DNA of 60,544 nucleotides, from assembly GCA_041178425.1 (NCBI GenBank), contig JBEGVH010000028.1, forward strand, positions 1 to 60,544, in the 5' to 3' direction. The translations under genes and the position numbers were made by a program. Every line of letters starts with the position of its first letter. Within the stretch, counting starts at the first letter, position 1. This document shows, in pieces, positions 1 to 10,578 of this stretch. The notes under the pieces were generated by a model. It was given only the letters and a program-made list of their open reading frames with translations. It was not told where the DNA came from and ran no database searches. Source of the stretch: Pseudomonadota bacterium (GTDB lineage Bacteria; Bdellovibrionota; Bdellovibrionia; Bdellovibrionales; Bdellovibrionaceae).

Positions 1-419
1 AATTTATGACATGTGAGATCGGGGTCAATGATCGGAGGATCAACTTTTGGTAATCCACAAAAATAAAACAAAGCCGCCACCGAAGACAAAGCGGCAAACA
101 AAATAGTTAATTCAAACATGACCGGAATGAACGCCGGCAAGCTGAATGGCGGTTTACCACCAACATTGATAGGCCAGTTCACCGCGCTCGTCCACCATGT
201 GAAGAGCAAGCCGGCTGAACAACCCGTGAGGCCAGCAATGAAAGTCACATAAGGAATATTTGAACGCTTGATCTCCATCGCCTCTTCCATGCCGTGAACG
301 GGATAGGGAGTGATAGCATCGAGTTTTTTAAAACCCTGACTACGACATTTTTTAACAGCCTCAACGAGCTGATGCTCGTCGAGCCAAATGCCAGCGATAC
401 CCGATTGAGTCTTAGCCAT
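1..419 (-). CDS. actD: Alternative complex III subunit ActD (DUF3341), runs off the left edge of the window
   Basis: Not in the ORF track. Manual translation from ATG at 419 gives [22 protein letters not shown]...[15 protein letters not shown]...[27 protein letters not shown]. The PYPVHG and GGKP...PAFIPxxFELTIL motifs are typical of ActD. Start overlaps the actC stop. Confidence 0.9.
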   Translation of the reverse strand, partial: MAKTQSGIAGIWLDEHQLVEAVKKCRSQGFKKLDAITPYPVHGMEEAMEIKRSNIPYVTFIAGLTGCSAGLLFTWWTSAVNWPINVGGKPPFSLPAFIPVMFELTILFAALSSVAALFYFCGLPKVDPPIIDPDLTCHK

Positions 420-1776
420 GGTGACCTCCGTGTGTATCATGTCCTACGTGAAGAACTGGTTTTACCTCAGCAATTGAAACCGCTGGGAACAGGCGTAGGT
501 ATAGTAAGAAGAGAGTAAAGAACATACCGAAACTTCCGATCAAGATCGAAGAATCCATCCACGTCCATCCGTACATTCCCCAATTAGAAGGAAGAAAATC
601 ACGATGGAGTGAAGTGACTGTGATCACAAAACGCTCGAACCACATACCGATGTTTACGAAAATCGAAACCACAAACATCACAGGAATCGAACGACGGAAC
701 TTTTTGAACCAGAAAACCTGCGGAGAGAGAACGTTACAGCTAACCATTGTCCAGTAAGCCCACGCGTAAGGTCCCAAAGCTCTGTTCATAAAAACGAAGC
801 GCTCGTAGGGGTTTCCTGAGTACCAAGCGATGAAAAATTCAGACGCATAAGCATAACCCACCAACAATCCAGTGGTCATGATGATCTTATTCATCACTTC
901 CATATGATCGAGGGTGATGTAGTCTTTGAATTGCGGAAAGCCAATTCTCACGAGAGTCATGAGCGTGATAACCATTCCGAATCCAGAAAAGATCGCTCCT
1001 GCAACGAAGTAAGGAGGAAAGATCGTAGTATGCCAACCAGGAAGATTTGAAACCGCGAAGTCGAACGATACGATCGTGTGAACCGATAAAACCAGTGGAG
1101 TCGACAAGCCTGCAAGCAAGAGATAAAGCATCTCGTAGTGACTCCAGTCACGTGCTGATCCTCTCCAACCCAAAGACAAAGCCCCGTAGATTGTTTTTCT
1201 AACTTTGTTCACTGCCCTATCACGAATAGTGGCAAAATCAGGTACTAAACCAATGTACCAAAAAACGATCGACACAGTGGCATAGGTGGAAACTGCAAAA
1301 ACGTCCCAAAGAAGTGGCGAACGAAAGTTGGTCCAAAGAGGTCCTCTCTGGTTTGGATATGGGAACAACCAGTAATCGAGCCAAGGACGACCTGTGTGGA
1401 GTAGCGGAAAAAGACCCGCTGTCATCACCGCAAAAACCGTCATCGCTTCGGCAGTTCGGGCCACCGATGTTCTCCATTTTTGTCGAAACAAGAATAGAAT
1501 AGCCGAAATCAATGTACCGGCGTGACCGATACCGATCCAAAAAACGAAGGTAACAATCATTGTACCCCAGCCAATTGGATTGTTAATACCTAACAATCCA
1601 ACCCCGGTGGCAACAAGGACGCCAATACAAGCGATGTAATAAAGAAATAGAGCTTTTGCGCTAAGAAACATTGCCAACCATCCACCGGAAGGCAGGCGCT
1701 CCACCGGAGCACAAATATCATCTGTGATATCTTTTAAGGTCTTGTTTCCAAGAACCAGTGGGTTCCGCTTGATCAT
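412..1776 (-). CDS. actC: Alternative complex III quinol-oxidising membrane subunit ActC (NrfD/PsrC family)
   Basis: Polytopic protein with [38 protein letters not shown] and GMWFERF motifs; overlaps the actB stop. Confidence 0.95.
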   Translation of the reverse strand: MIKRNPLVLGNKTLKDITDDICAPVERLPSGGWLAMFLSAKALFLYYIACIGVLVATGVGLLGINNPIGWGTMIVTFVFWIGIGHAGTLISAILFLFRQKWRTSVARTAEAMTVFAVMTAGLFPLLHTGRPWLDYWLFPYPNQRGPLWTNFRSPLLWDVFAVSTYATVSIVFWYIGLVPDFATIRDRAVNKVRKTIYGALSLGWRGSARDWSHYEMLYLLLAGLSTPLVLSVHTIVSFDFAVSNLPGWHTTIFPPYFVAGAIFSGFGMVITLMTLVRIGFPQFKDYITLDHMEVMNKIIMTTGLLVGYAYASEFFIAWYSGNPYERFVFMNRALGPYAWAYWTMVSCNVLSPQVFWFKKFRRSIPVMFVVSIFVNIGMWFERFVITVTSLHRDFLPSNWGMYGWTWMDSSILIGSFGMFFTLFLLYLRLFPAVSIAEVKPVLHVGHDTHGGHHG

Positions 1777-4700
1777 GCGTGCTCCCCTTTCTTCGCTTCT
1801 TCATGGCGCGGATTAATAGTTCGTTCATTGTTGTTTCTAATTTTTGTTTGATAACGAACAGCAGGTGCCGCGTTAAACTCCTCGATGAGAGCGTAACTAC
1901 GAGGCTCCTCTTTGAACTTCTTGTGAACTTGGCTTTGAGGATCGTTCACATCACCAAAAACGATCGCACCCGTTGGGCATGTTTGTTGACAAGCCACTTT
2001 GATATCGCCGTCTTTCATTTCGCGACCTTGTTGTTTCAACGAGTCTTTTGTTGATTTGATTCGCTGAACGCAGAAAGTGCATTTTTCCATCACACCGCGG
2101 ACTCGAACACCCACTTCTGGGTTGAAGGCAAGGTGCTCAGGATTTCTCATCTCTTTGCGATAATTGAACCAGTTAAAGCGACGTACTTTGTATGGACAGT
2201 TGTTCACGCAGTAACGAGTTCCAACGCAACGATTGTAAACCATTTCATTGAGACCTTCGTCGCTGTGAACAGTTGCCAGAACAGGGCAGACAGTTTCACA
2301 AGGAGCGTTGTCACAGTGTTGACACATGACTGGCTGGAACACCGCCTCAGCATCCGCTGGCTCACCGGTGTAATAGCGATCAATACGGATCCAATGCATT
2401 TCGCGACCTTGAAGAACAAACTTTTTACCAACAATCGGTACGTTGTTTTCAGATTGGCAAGCCACAACACAGGCGCTGCATCCAGTGCAAGTGTTGAGAT
2501 CAAGAGACATCGCCCATTTGTGACCATCGTAACGATGATGTGGCCAAATGGTGAAGATATGATGCTTATGCACACCTGCCGATTTGTTCTCGAGGTACTC
2601 TTTGAGAGTCGCTTCAATTACAATCGCACGGCCTTCCATTGTATGGTGCCCCTGAACATTCGCTAGTTGATACTTTTCGCCCAAAGCTTTTAGAGCAACA
2701 CTGCGACCTGAAAATACAGCCGCCTTGTTCTTCATAAGGACAAGCGGATAAGCATCAACACCGATACCAGTACCTACTTTACCGGATCGGGTTCTTCCGT
2801 AACCGATTGAAACAGCGACGACGTCGTCGTGCAAACCAGGCTGAATATGAGCAGGAATCTTGACTTTTAATCCATCAACATCGAGCTCAATTTTATCACC
2901 CTCGGAGACTTTCAATTTCTCAGCCGTAGCGAGAGAAATTGAAGCATAGTTATCCCAAACAATTTTTGTGACAACATCTGGAAGCTCTTGCAACCATCCA
3001 ATGTTAGCTAACTCACCTTGACCGAGCTGCACCGTCGGATAAAGAACTAACTCAAACCCTGACTTGGCTTCGGGCTTAATGCCCACAAGGGCATCTACTT
3101 TTGCGGTTCTTACAGCATCACGTTGGGATCTAAGGGCGCCCACAGTTCCTTTTTGAAGAACGTCGTACCAAAGGTCTTCGAATCCCTTTTCGCCCGAATT
3201 AATAATTTTTTCTTTCCAAACCATTCGGACCGCTTCAAAGTCGGTCTCAACTTTTGCTAATGACGATGAAGATCCAGACCACTTAGCAAAACCCAAAAGA
3301 ACACTTCGCGTGTCGTACATTGGGCGAATTGTTGGTTGTTGAATTGAATAGACACCAGCAACAGCTTCAGAATCTCCCCAACCTTCAACGTTGTGGTGAT
3401 CAACGGCAACGAAATCAGCGCGGATCGCTGTTTCATCCATATGCGAACCAGTGTAGACAACAGTTTCAACTTTTTCTAAAGCTTTTTTAAAGGCATCACC
3501 GAGGAAATAAACAGGATTTACACCGTGAATGATGAGAGTGTTGACTTTACCCTCATTCATAGCCGCCATTAGTCCCATAAGCTCTTCAGTTGACCCATTC
3601 AGCGCCACTTGTGCTTGTCCATAAACAACGGTGAAACCATCGTTGCCTAAAGCCGAGTTCAAGGCATTAACAGCGATCTGTAACAAGACAGCATCTTCTG
3701 TTTGCGCAGCGGTACCACCAGCAACAACGAGTGATTCGCCCTTTGCCTTCATTAAACTCTGGGCCACTTTAGAAATGGCTTGAGGATCTTTAAGGCCAAG
3801 TAATTCAGAGGCATTGGCATAAGCCGCAAGAGTTTGCTTAAGAGCAGGATTCATGGATAAGCCAGAAGACATATCTCCTTTGACTACGATCTCATGAAGA
3901 AGACCCATCACCACTGTTAATTGCTGAGAGGGTTTAATTTTAAAGCGCTTATCAGCGTTAGCACCAGTCAGTGAGTAATTAGTATCGAAGGAAACCAATT
4001 CACTCATTCCAACAACATCACGACGACCATCGGCGAATTGTTTGTTGAAGGCCATTGGAGTTAACCAAGTTCCGAGGAAATCGGCATCAACACTCACAAT
4101 GACACGCGCACGATCAAAACGATAGCTTGGAACCAAACCAGTTCCGTAACTTGCTTCTTGCCCTTTTGCCAAGGCATCAGGACTTGTCGGCTCCCAAGCC
4201 ACATGTTGAGCTTTTGTAGAACCTTGAAAATCTTTAATCATTTGACGAAGCGTTGGAGATGCTACATGACCAGTGAGAATCCATGTATTGCCTATAGAAA
4301 CAGCCGCTTTTACTTTATCGTCAAGATCAGACCAAGTGATACTAATGGTTTCGGCATTGCTACGCGCACCCTCTTTTGTTTTTTCATCACCTTGTCTTTG
4401 AAGATTATGCTTAGGCCCTTGCAAACGATCTGGGTCGTAGCACGACAACAACATCGCTTGACCACGGGCACTGAGAGCTCCAGCACTCAACGGGTGAGTT
4501 GGATTTCCTTCGAGCTTTATCGGACGACCTTCTTTAGTTTTTACGAGCAAGCCGAAAGTTTCAGAGCCATCAAACCAAGTCGAAGAATAGTGCAGAGCCT
4601 GCCCAAGAGTAACTTCTTCCGGCTGCTTAGCATAGGGAACAATTTTTTGCACCGGACGACGAAGACAACCCGCCGAACCAAGAGCTAATGAGGCACCCAT

Positions 4701-4919
4701 AAGCTTGAGGAATTCACGTCGAGCCCAACCGTCTTCGCGATCTTCTTCACGAAGGGGTGAGGACAAAAACTCTTGCTCGGCCATTTTTTGAAATTCAGGG
4801 TCTTTCCCCCACTGTTCAAGACTGCGCCAGTAGCGATCATCAGTCTCTACTTGAGGACGCATCGCCTTCTTCATCGCTTCAATTTCAGGGGAATGATCGT
4901 GGTGATTCATGTCTGACAT
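1773..4919 (-). CDS. actB: Alternative complex III subunit ActB (molybdopterin-oxidoreductase-like domain fused to an Fe-S domain)
   Basis: YWRSLE motif; Tat signal RREFLK...SAGC ending in a lipidatable Cys; [11 protein letters not shown]-terminal [35 protein letters not shown] and CTFC Fe-S motifs. Confidence 0.95.
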   Translation of the reverse strand: MSDMNHHDHSPEIEAMKKAMRPQVETDDRYWRSLEQWGKDPEFQKMAEQEFLSSPLREEDREDGWARREFLKLMGASLALGSAGCLRRPVQKIVPYAKQPEEVTLGQALHYSSTWFDGSETFGLLVKTKEGRPIKLEGNPTHPLSAGALSARGQAMLLSCYDPDRLQGPKHNLQRQGDEKTKEGARSNAETISITWSDLDDKVKAAVSIGNTWILTGHVASPTLRQMIKDFQGSTKAQHVAWEPTSPDALAKGQEASYGTGLVPSYRFDRARVIVSVDADFLGTWLTPMAFNKQFADGRRDVVGMSELVSFDTNYSLTGANADKRFKIKPSQQLTVVMGLLHEIVVKGDMSSGLSMNPALKQTLAAYANASELLGLKDPQAISKVAQSLMKAKGESLVVAGGTAAQTEDAVLLQIAVNALNSALGNDGFTVVYGQAQVALNGSTEELMGLMAAMNEGKVNTLIIHGVNPVYFLGDAFKKALEKVETVVYTGSHMDETAIRADFVAVDHHNVEGWGDSEAVAGVYSIQQPTIRPMYDTRSVLLGFAKWSGSSSSLAKVETDFEAVRMVWKEKIINSGEKGFEDLWYDVLQKGTVGALRSQRDAVRTAKVDALVGIKPEAKSGFELVLYPTVQLGQGELANIGWLQELPDVVTKIVWDNYASISLATAEKLKVSEGDKIELDVDGLKVKIPAHIQPGLHDDVVAVSIGYGRTRSGKVGTGIGVDAYPLVLMKNKAAVFSGRSVALKALGEKYQLANVQGHHTMEGRAIVIEATLKEYLENKSAGVHKHHIFTIWPHHRYDGHKWAMSLDLNTCTGCSACVVACQSENNVPIVGKKFVLQGREMHWIRIDRYYTGEPADAEAVFQPVMCQHCDNAPCETVCPVLATVHSDEGLNEMVYNRCVGTRYCVNNCPYKVRRFNWFNYRKEMRNPEHLAFNPEVGVRVRGVMEKCTFCVQRIKSTKDSLKQQGREMKDGDIKVACQQTCPTGAIVFGDVNDPQSQVHKKFKEEPRSYALIEEFNAAPAVRYQTKIRNNNERTINPRHEEAKKGEHA

Positions 4920-4938
4920 AATAGATAGTCTCCCGCAA

Positions 4939-5475
4939 TTAATGGTGACAAGTTGTACAGTTTAATGGCGCCTTGTTTTCTGGCTGCCGGTGACAATTAA
5001 TACACCAACCCATCGATAAATCTTCAAACTGGTAAACCGTTTTCATTGTATCAACAGGACCGTGACAAGTATTACAGCTCACACCCTTTTGCACGTGCGC
5101 AGAGTGATTGAATTGAACGTGATCCGGCAACATATGCACTCGAACCCATTCAATGGATTCACCTTTTTCGTAGGCTTCACGCATTTTAGTAATATGAGGA
5201 GAATCCGTCTTAACTTGGAGATGGCAATTCATGCAGGTACTCAAAGCTGGAATATTAGAGTGCTTCGAGCGCTCCACCTGATTGTGACAATATTGACATT
5301 TAATTCCATATTGGCCCACGTGAAGTGAGTGATCGTATGGAATTGGCTGATCAGGCTGATAATTCTTGTTATAACCGATGGCTGGCCGGAATTTACTACA
5401 AGCCCCCAAGACTAAGGCCAAAATTGCGAGACTTAGCCATGTCGTAATACGACCAAATGTTGCTACTTTCTGCAT
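4939..5475 (-). CDS. actA: Alternative complex III pentaheme cytochrome c ActA
   Basis: Five CxxCH motifs (CQYCH, CMNCH, CNTCH, CINCH, CTTCH), PDQPIPYDHSLH and MGWC; first gene of the act operon. Confidence 0.93.
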   Translation of the reverse strand: MQKVATFGRITTWLSLAILALVLGACSKFRPAIGYNKNYQPDQPIPYDHSLHVGQYGIKCQYCHNQVERSKHSNIPALSTCMNCHLQVKTDSPHITKMREAYEKGESIEWVRVHMLPDHVQFNHSAHVQKGVSCNTCHGPVDTMKTVYQFEDLSMGWCINCHRQPENKAPLNCTTCHH

Positions 5476-5937
5476 ACCCTCTTCCCGTAGTTAATGAGCT
5501 AAAAGCTAGACTTTCGTCGCCCATGGATGAAATTTTTATACTAGTGATCTAAGTCCCTATATAAAGACTATTTTTTTTGATTGTCCACGATCTTTTTGAA
5601 AATTTATTGAGAATGTTGACGATGTGTTGTGCCTATATCTTGAGCATTGAATTGGTTTTTAGCAAACTCAAATCACTGAGTGCTTTACCCTTGGGCATCG
5701 AAAAATGCCAGGAAACAAAACTTCCCGCAAAGGATAAAGCCAGTAAAAAGCCCCTCTGTAGGGCATCTCGAGACTTGTCTAAAAAATTCTTAACAATGAA
5801 GGGATCAGAAAACCAAAAATGAGAAGCTTCAAAGCAAATTTTTGGAGACTCTCATTTTTTTTGTGCTAACAAACAATTCTCAACCGAAAATCTTTGAAGT
5901 GCGATTCAAAATTAGCCTGCTTTTTAAGCTTAATATT

Positions 5938-7035
5938 TCAAACATCCAAAGGGTAGTCTGTATAACCTTTCTCACCTGGGGTATAAAAAGTGTTTGCATC
6001 TGCATCTACGAGCGCGTGATGATTCTTCATTTTTGAAACCAATTTAGGATTCGAAATAAAAGGTCTACCAAACGCAACCAGATCACCCTTTTTCTCTTGA
6101 AGATCCGCATCCGCTTTTCGCATATTGTAACCGCCAGAGAGAATAATTGCCCCTTTGAAATTCACGCGAACCGCTTGCTTTACACTGTCTTTAACTTCAG
6201 GGGCACCCATCGAACTATGATCGACTATGTGAACATAAAGAATCCCAAGTTTTTGCAACTCTTGCGCTAAACGCTCATAGAGATCATCGGTGTGTGAACA
6301 AGGAACCATTCCATTAAAAACGCCATAAGGCGACAAACGGATTCCTACTTTTTCTGGGCCAATCTTCTTTGCCACCGCTTTTACCACCTCAGAAGCAAAA
6401 CGAATGCGATTTTCAATCGAACCGCCCCAACGATCTGTTCTTTTGTTACTTGCCGTATTCAGAAACTGATCAACCAGATAACCATTGGCACCATGAATTT
6501 CAACACCATCGAAACCTGCTTGCATCGCTAGCTCGGCAGAGTGAGCAAACTCTTCGATTGTGTGTATAATATCACTTTCTGTCATTTCTTCTGGAATTGT
6601 AAAATTCTGCATCCCCGACTTATCAGTCCACATCTGCCCTTCCGGCGCAATCGCAGAAGGAGCAAGAATCTCTACACCGCTGGGCATATTATCTGGGTGA
6701 CTCACTCGACCACAATGCATGAGCTGAATAAATATTTTTGAACCCCCTTCATGAACCGCTTCAGTGACTTTTTTCCAAGCGTGCACGTGCTCATTCATAA
6801 AAAGACCAGGCATACGAGCATAACCTAATCCGTTATCCGACGGAGAGGTTCCCTCCGTAATAATTAATCCCGCTTCGGTTCTTTGACTGTAGTATTTGAC
6901 CACCAATTCATTGGGTCGATTGTCAATGCAACGACATCGAGTCATAGGCGCCATGACCACTCGATTTTTGAGTTTAAACGGACCTAACTGATGATTAGAG
7001 AATAAGTGATTATGATTATGATTCTGCCCGCCCAT
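5938..7035 (-). CDS. Old Yellow Enzyme family alkene reductase (NemA-like, FMN-dependent)
   Basis: NRVVMAPMTR, GLIITEGT, GFDGVEIHGANGYL (catalytic HxxNxY), AFGRPFISNP and C-terminal FY...GYTDYP. Confidence 0.93.
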   Translation of the reverse strand: MGGQNHNHNHLFSNHQLGPFKLKNRVVMAPMTRCRCIDNRPNELVVKYYSQRTEAGLIITEGTSPSDNGLGYARMPGLFMNEHVHAWKKVTEAVHEGGSKIFIQLMHCGRVSHPDNMPSGVEILAPSAIAPEGQMWTDKSGMQNFTIPEEMTESDIIHTIEEFAHSAELAMQAGFDGVEIHGANGYLVDQFLNTASNKRTDRWGGSIENRIRFASEVVKAVAKKIGPEKVGIRLSPYGVFNGMVPCSHTDDLYERLAQELQKLGILYVHIVDHSSMGAPEVKDSVKQAVRVNFKGAIILSGGYNMRKADADLQEKKGDLVAFGRPFISNPKLVSKMKNHHALVDADANTFYTPGEKGYTDYPLDV

Positions 7036-7204
7036 ACAAACAACTCCTGTTGATGCGTAAAAAAAATTTTAAAATAAATTAAGAGAGATTCAATGAGTTC
7101 CATCATTAAACCACACAAAGTCGGTGTCATCGAAGGATAAAAAAAGAGTCTTTATGACCCATATGCTATCTTGCCAAACCCCGGGCCATCGACCTCAGTA
7201 CTTA

Positions 7205-7540
7205 TTAGAAATTTTGAGCACCTGCAGAGACTATTCCGCGAACCTGACTTCCTGTCACAGATTGACTGCTGTTAGACACCGAAACTCGACCCATCATCTG
7301 CTGCCCCCCAACAACCTGTGAAGGGCTCGAATAACGAACGCTCACTGAACCATTGGCATTAAGAAGCGGCGTCATCGTGGTGGTTTCCGCAGGAACCTGC
7401 ACTTGATTGGCCTCTGGCTCTAATGACTCAGACGGACGCTCCACAACGGTCTTCTCACTTTCAATCATTGGCTGGTCGGCCTTTGAACATGCCACCAAGC
7501 CAAGTATCAACGCTACAGCGATTCCTATTTTCGTCATCAA
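7205..7540 (-). CDS. Small hypothetical lipoprotein
   Basis: TTG start preceded by AAAAGGATG; lipobox LGLVAC; low-complexity linker and a Ser/Val/Gln/Gly-rich C-terminus. Confidence 0.6.
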   Translation of the reverse strand: MMTKIGIAVALILGLVACSKADQPMIESEKTVVERPSESLEPEANQVQVPAETTTMTPLLNANGSVSVRYSSPSQVVGGQQMMGRVSVSNSSQSVTGSQVRGIVSAGAQNF

Positions 7541-7771
7541 ACATCCTTTTATCGCGAACCTACCGTCAGTTTACCAGATCGGTGGGGTCGTCGCCTAGGT
7601 CGTGCTGCGGTTAGCCTTTTTTACCCCCTCATACTCACACTCCGAGCTCGACCAATCGCTAGTCTTGTCTCCAAACGGGACGTCTTAAATCTAGACTCTC
7701 TGCGCTCAACACCAAAGCCGATATAAGAAGGAATCATTGGCTTAAAATCGTGAAAGGAGATCGCCATCCAC

Positions 7772-9793
7772 ATGAAAAAACTCAATCGTTGGATCCATCT
7801 CATTCTAGGAATAACTTTTATTTTCTTTGTTGCATTTGACTCTTCCGCAAAACCTTCGAAGACCTCAAACAAGGCTGCTGCCAAGAAGAGTAAAACCTCT
7901 CGACCCAAAAATACAAACTTACAAAAAGTTCAATTAGTTGAGCTCACCGCTCAAATCGAAAAACTCATTAGCGACGGTTATCGCGACAAAATCAACACTC
8001 AATTAGATGCCAAAGCTTTTAACGTGGGAGCCGTGGTCACCCTCAAAGAAGTCGTTGAGACCTACGACGCAAAAAAGCCCGGAGCCACACTCAGCGCAGT
8101 AAGAAACATTGCTGAAGCTGTAAATCCGACGGATCTCAATACCGGTGTGATTCAACTTTACCCCGTACTCGATCAATACAAACAACAAATCGATGAACTC
8201 CAAAACCGCGTCGAAGTTATGCGCCAAGGCGATCCGGAGACCATCGGAGAATCAACAGCGAAAAAAACACCCAAGTATTTGGTGAGCGGAGTTGAAATTA
8301 TTGTTGGTATCGACGAAGGCTTTAATTTTGATCAAAATGAAGAATTTGAAGCTTGGCTCCAAAACGCAGTAAAAAAAGATTTTGGTCCTCGAGGCAAATA
8401 CAAAATTTCAGTTCTCAAAAAGGTTGCCACTCCTATTGTTCCGCCAAAACCCATGACTCGTTTCGAAAAGTTATCTAAGGTCCAAATACTCCTCGGCTCA
8501 GGCTTTCTTGGCGTCGCCCTGTTATTCCTTTTAATCCTTTATAAATTTATTCCGGAGCGTGAATCTAAAAAACCTCGCCAAGTGTCTGTACACATTCAAG
8601 ACGTTTCGAGTTCCGCTCTCAACGCTTTAGAAGCAAAACAGAATAAAGCAACAAACCCAGCTAACAAACCCCAAGAGCTCGAAAAATCTCGTCCGACACT
8701 CGCTGCCACTGATAATTTAGAAATCGTGGCTCAGAGCTGTCGCGAGATCCAGGGGAAGATTGGCTACATTTACCTATCGACACCGGGAATCATCAATCCT
8801 CTTTTCGAAACTTGGTACGACCAAGGAATTGCCGGTAGGATGAAAGCTGCAGCTCTCGTAGACGCCGTGCTTACCTCATCGGAAAATGCCGATCAAAAAC
8901 TCCTGGTTTTTCCAGAAAAATGGAAAAAAGATGAAGAACTCCATCAAGCCTTCCGCGCCTTTCCAAGTGTTTCTCTCGAAGAAAGACACAGGATACTCGA
9001 CGAGGCGTATTGGGATATTCTTGCCCTGAATATGATCGGACAAGACTCCATTAAATCACACTTTGAAGTTTTGGGTCATCTCCCGGCAGATAGACTCCAA
9101 AAACTTTTGGCTAACAGAGAAAGCAAGGTCAAGGCATTAACCTTGATGCATTTACCTGCTGATAAGGCTCATCATTATTTAACTTTTCTCGACCAAGAAG
9201 AAAGAAAACGCCTCGTTCAAGAGAGCCTTCAATTTGAAACTGTTCCCGAAGAAGAACTAAAAACGCTCGACGAAAGCCTCAAACTTCAACTGGCCGTCGA
9301 ACAAAAGGCAGAGGGCATTGTGAATGTGGTCGATCTTATGCCGAACATCCTCCGATCACTCACTCCGAAAGAAGAACTAGAATGGCTCCCAGAAGCCATC
9401 GAGAAGCTTCCTGATCAAGGCTTTAAACTTAAAAAGAGCTATCCAAGCCTGGCCTTTTTAGTGGAGTGGCCCGAAGAATCTTTAGCCACTTTTTTTGCTG
9501 GTGTCGAAAGCAAACAAACAGTGATTTACCTCAAGTCCGTACCATCGATGATCGACAAAGTCACAAAACTTTACCCGACGGCGATGGGCACTTTGATTCG
9601 AGAGGAGGCTTACTCTCGAAAAACACCCAGCGAAAAAGAACAAGCAAAAGCTTTTCAATTCTTAAAAGAACGACTTCTAAATTTAACAGAATCCGGCGAC
9701 ATCCAGCTCGAGAGAATTTTCAAGGCTCCGACCGAAGACATCGCTACTACTCAAGATTCTGAAACCACAGACGAAGGGAATTCTGCGGCGTGA
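7772..9793 (+). CDS. Membrane-anchored FliF(ring/C-terminal)-FliG fusion-like rotor protein
   Basis: AAGGAG RBS; N-terminal signal/TM, a ~210-aa periplasmic part and a TM at aa ~239-257. Then a FliF-tail-like PGIINPLFETW, directly followed by FliG-N-like GRMKAAALV and VSLEERHRILDEAY, FliG-M-like FEVL..LPADRLQKLLAN..ALTLMHL...VPEEELKTLDESL, and FliG-C-like LIREE...LTESGDIQL. Stop overlaps the motA start. Confidence 0.75.
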   Translation: MKKLNRWIHLILGITFIFFVAFDSSAKPSKTSNKAAAKKSKTSRPKNTNLQKVQLVELTAQIEKLISDGYRDKINTQLDAKAFNVGAVVTLKEVVETYDAKKPGATLSAVRNIAEAVNPTDLNTGVIQLYPVLDQYKQQIDELQNRVEVMRQGDPETIGESTAKKTPKYLVSGVEIIVGIDEGFNFDQNEEFEAWLQNAVKKDFGPRGKYKISVLKKVATPIVPPKPMTRFEKLSKVQILLGSGFLGVALLFLLILYKFIPERESKKPRQVSVHIQDVSSSALNALEAKQNKATNPANKPQELEKSRPTLAATDNLEIVAQSCREIQGKIGYIYLSTPGIINPLFETWYDQGIAGRMKAAALVDAVLTSSENADQKLLVFPEKWKKDEELHQAFRAFPSVSLEERHRILDEAYWDILALNMIGQDSIKSHFEVLGHLPADRLQKLLANRESKVKALTLMHLPADKAHHYLTFLDQEERKRLVQESLQFETVPEEELKTLDESLKLQLAVEQKAEGIVNVVDLMPNILRSLTPKEELEWLPEAIEKLPDQGFKLKKSYPSLAFLVEWPEESLATFFAGVESKQTVIYLKSVPSMIDKVTKLYPTAMGTLIREEAYSRKTPSEKEQAKAFQFLKERLLNLTESGDIQLERIFKAPTEDIATTQDSETTDEGNSAA

Positions 9794-10578
9794 ATGGCTC
9801 GGTGCTCCTAGGCATTCTAGTAGCTCTTACTGTCTTCTTCGGTGGACTCTCGAGTTCATCGAACAACATGAACATTTTCTATAATGCTCATGCGCTCGCT
9901 ATTGTCATTGGTGGAACGATCGCTGCAGCCCTTGTTAGCTTTCCCTTCAAGCAACTTTGGAGAATTAAACTCATCGTTCTCCGAAAGGTCATCGGACGCC
10001 AAGGGGAACCAATCCAAGATGTCATTGGAGAAATAGTCCTACTCTCGGCTCTCAATCGGGAAGAACCAGAGAACTTTCGTGAAAAATCAAAAATAGCCAG
10101 AGACTCCTTTTTAAGAGAGGCCCTCGAACTTTATCTTGATAGCGCCATCCCTCAAGAAAAAATTGAGAGTCTCCTGCGCAAGCGAGCCGAAATCAACTTA
10201 CTTCGACAAGAATCAGAGGCCAATGTGATTCGCTCGATTGCGCGATTCCCCCCGGCTTTCGGACTCCTCGGAGCTGTCATGGGCATGATCACACTTTTAA
10301 GAAGCCTCGGAGCTCCCGACTCCTTTAAACAAATCGGACCCGCTATGGCTATGGCCATGGTTGCGACCATGTACGGAATTGCGATGGCTAACTTTTTTCT
10401 TTTGCCCATCAGCAGTAATTTATCGAAACTGGCACAAGAGGAATTTCTAAGACGAAGCATTATTATTGATGGGATTAAACTCATTCAAGGCGGAGAACAT
10501 CCTCTGATCGTCGAGGAAAACTTGAAAAGCTATCTACAGTCAGGCGAAAAGGTCAATAAGAAGGCTTTTGCTGCATGA
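9790..10578 (+). CDS. motA: MotA-family stator A subunit
   Basis: NAHALAIVIGGT, DSFLREAL, FPPAFGLLG, IGPAMAMAMVATMYG and IIDGIKLIQGGEHP; GTG start overlaps the upstream TGA. Confidence 0.93.
   Translation: MNGSVLLGILVALTVFFGGLSSSSNNMNIFYNAHALAIVIGGTIAAALVSFPFKQLWRIKLIVLRKVIGRQGEPIQDVIGEIVLLSALNREEPENFREKSKIARDSFLREALELYLDSAIPQEKIESLLRKRAEINLLRQESEANVIRSIARFPPAFGLLGAVMGMITLLRSLGAPDSFKQIGPAMAMAMVATMYGIAMANFFLLPISSNLSKLAQEEFLRRSIIIDGIKLIQGGEHPLIVEENLKSYLQSGEKVNKKAFAA

Noticed and set aside
1773..4919. Active molybdoenzyme (nitrate/polysulfide reductase)
   Set aside because: The actA-B-C-D context and the fused Fe-S domain identify ActB, whose Mo-like domain is known to be cofactor-free.
5476..5937. 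Riboswitch, ncRNA or FNR box upstream of actA, and the short ORFs 5577-5822 and 5842-6036
   Set aside because: No convincing consensus or stable structure by eye; the ORFs lack an RBS and recognisable features. An Rfam/Infernal scan would be needed.
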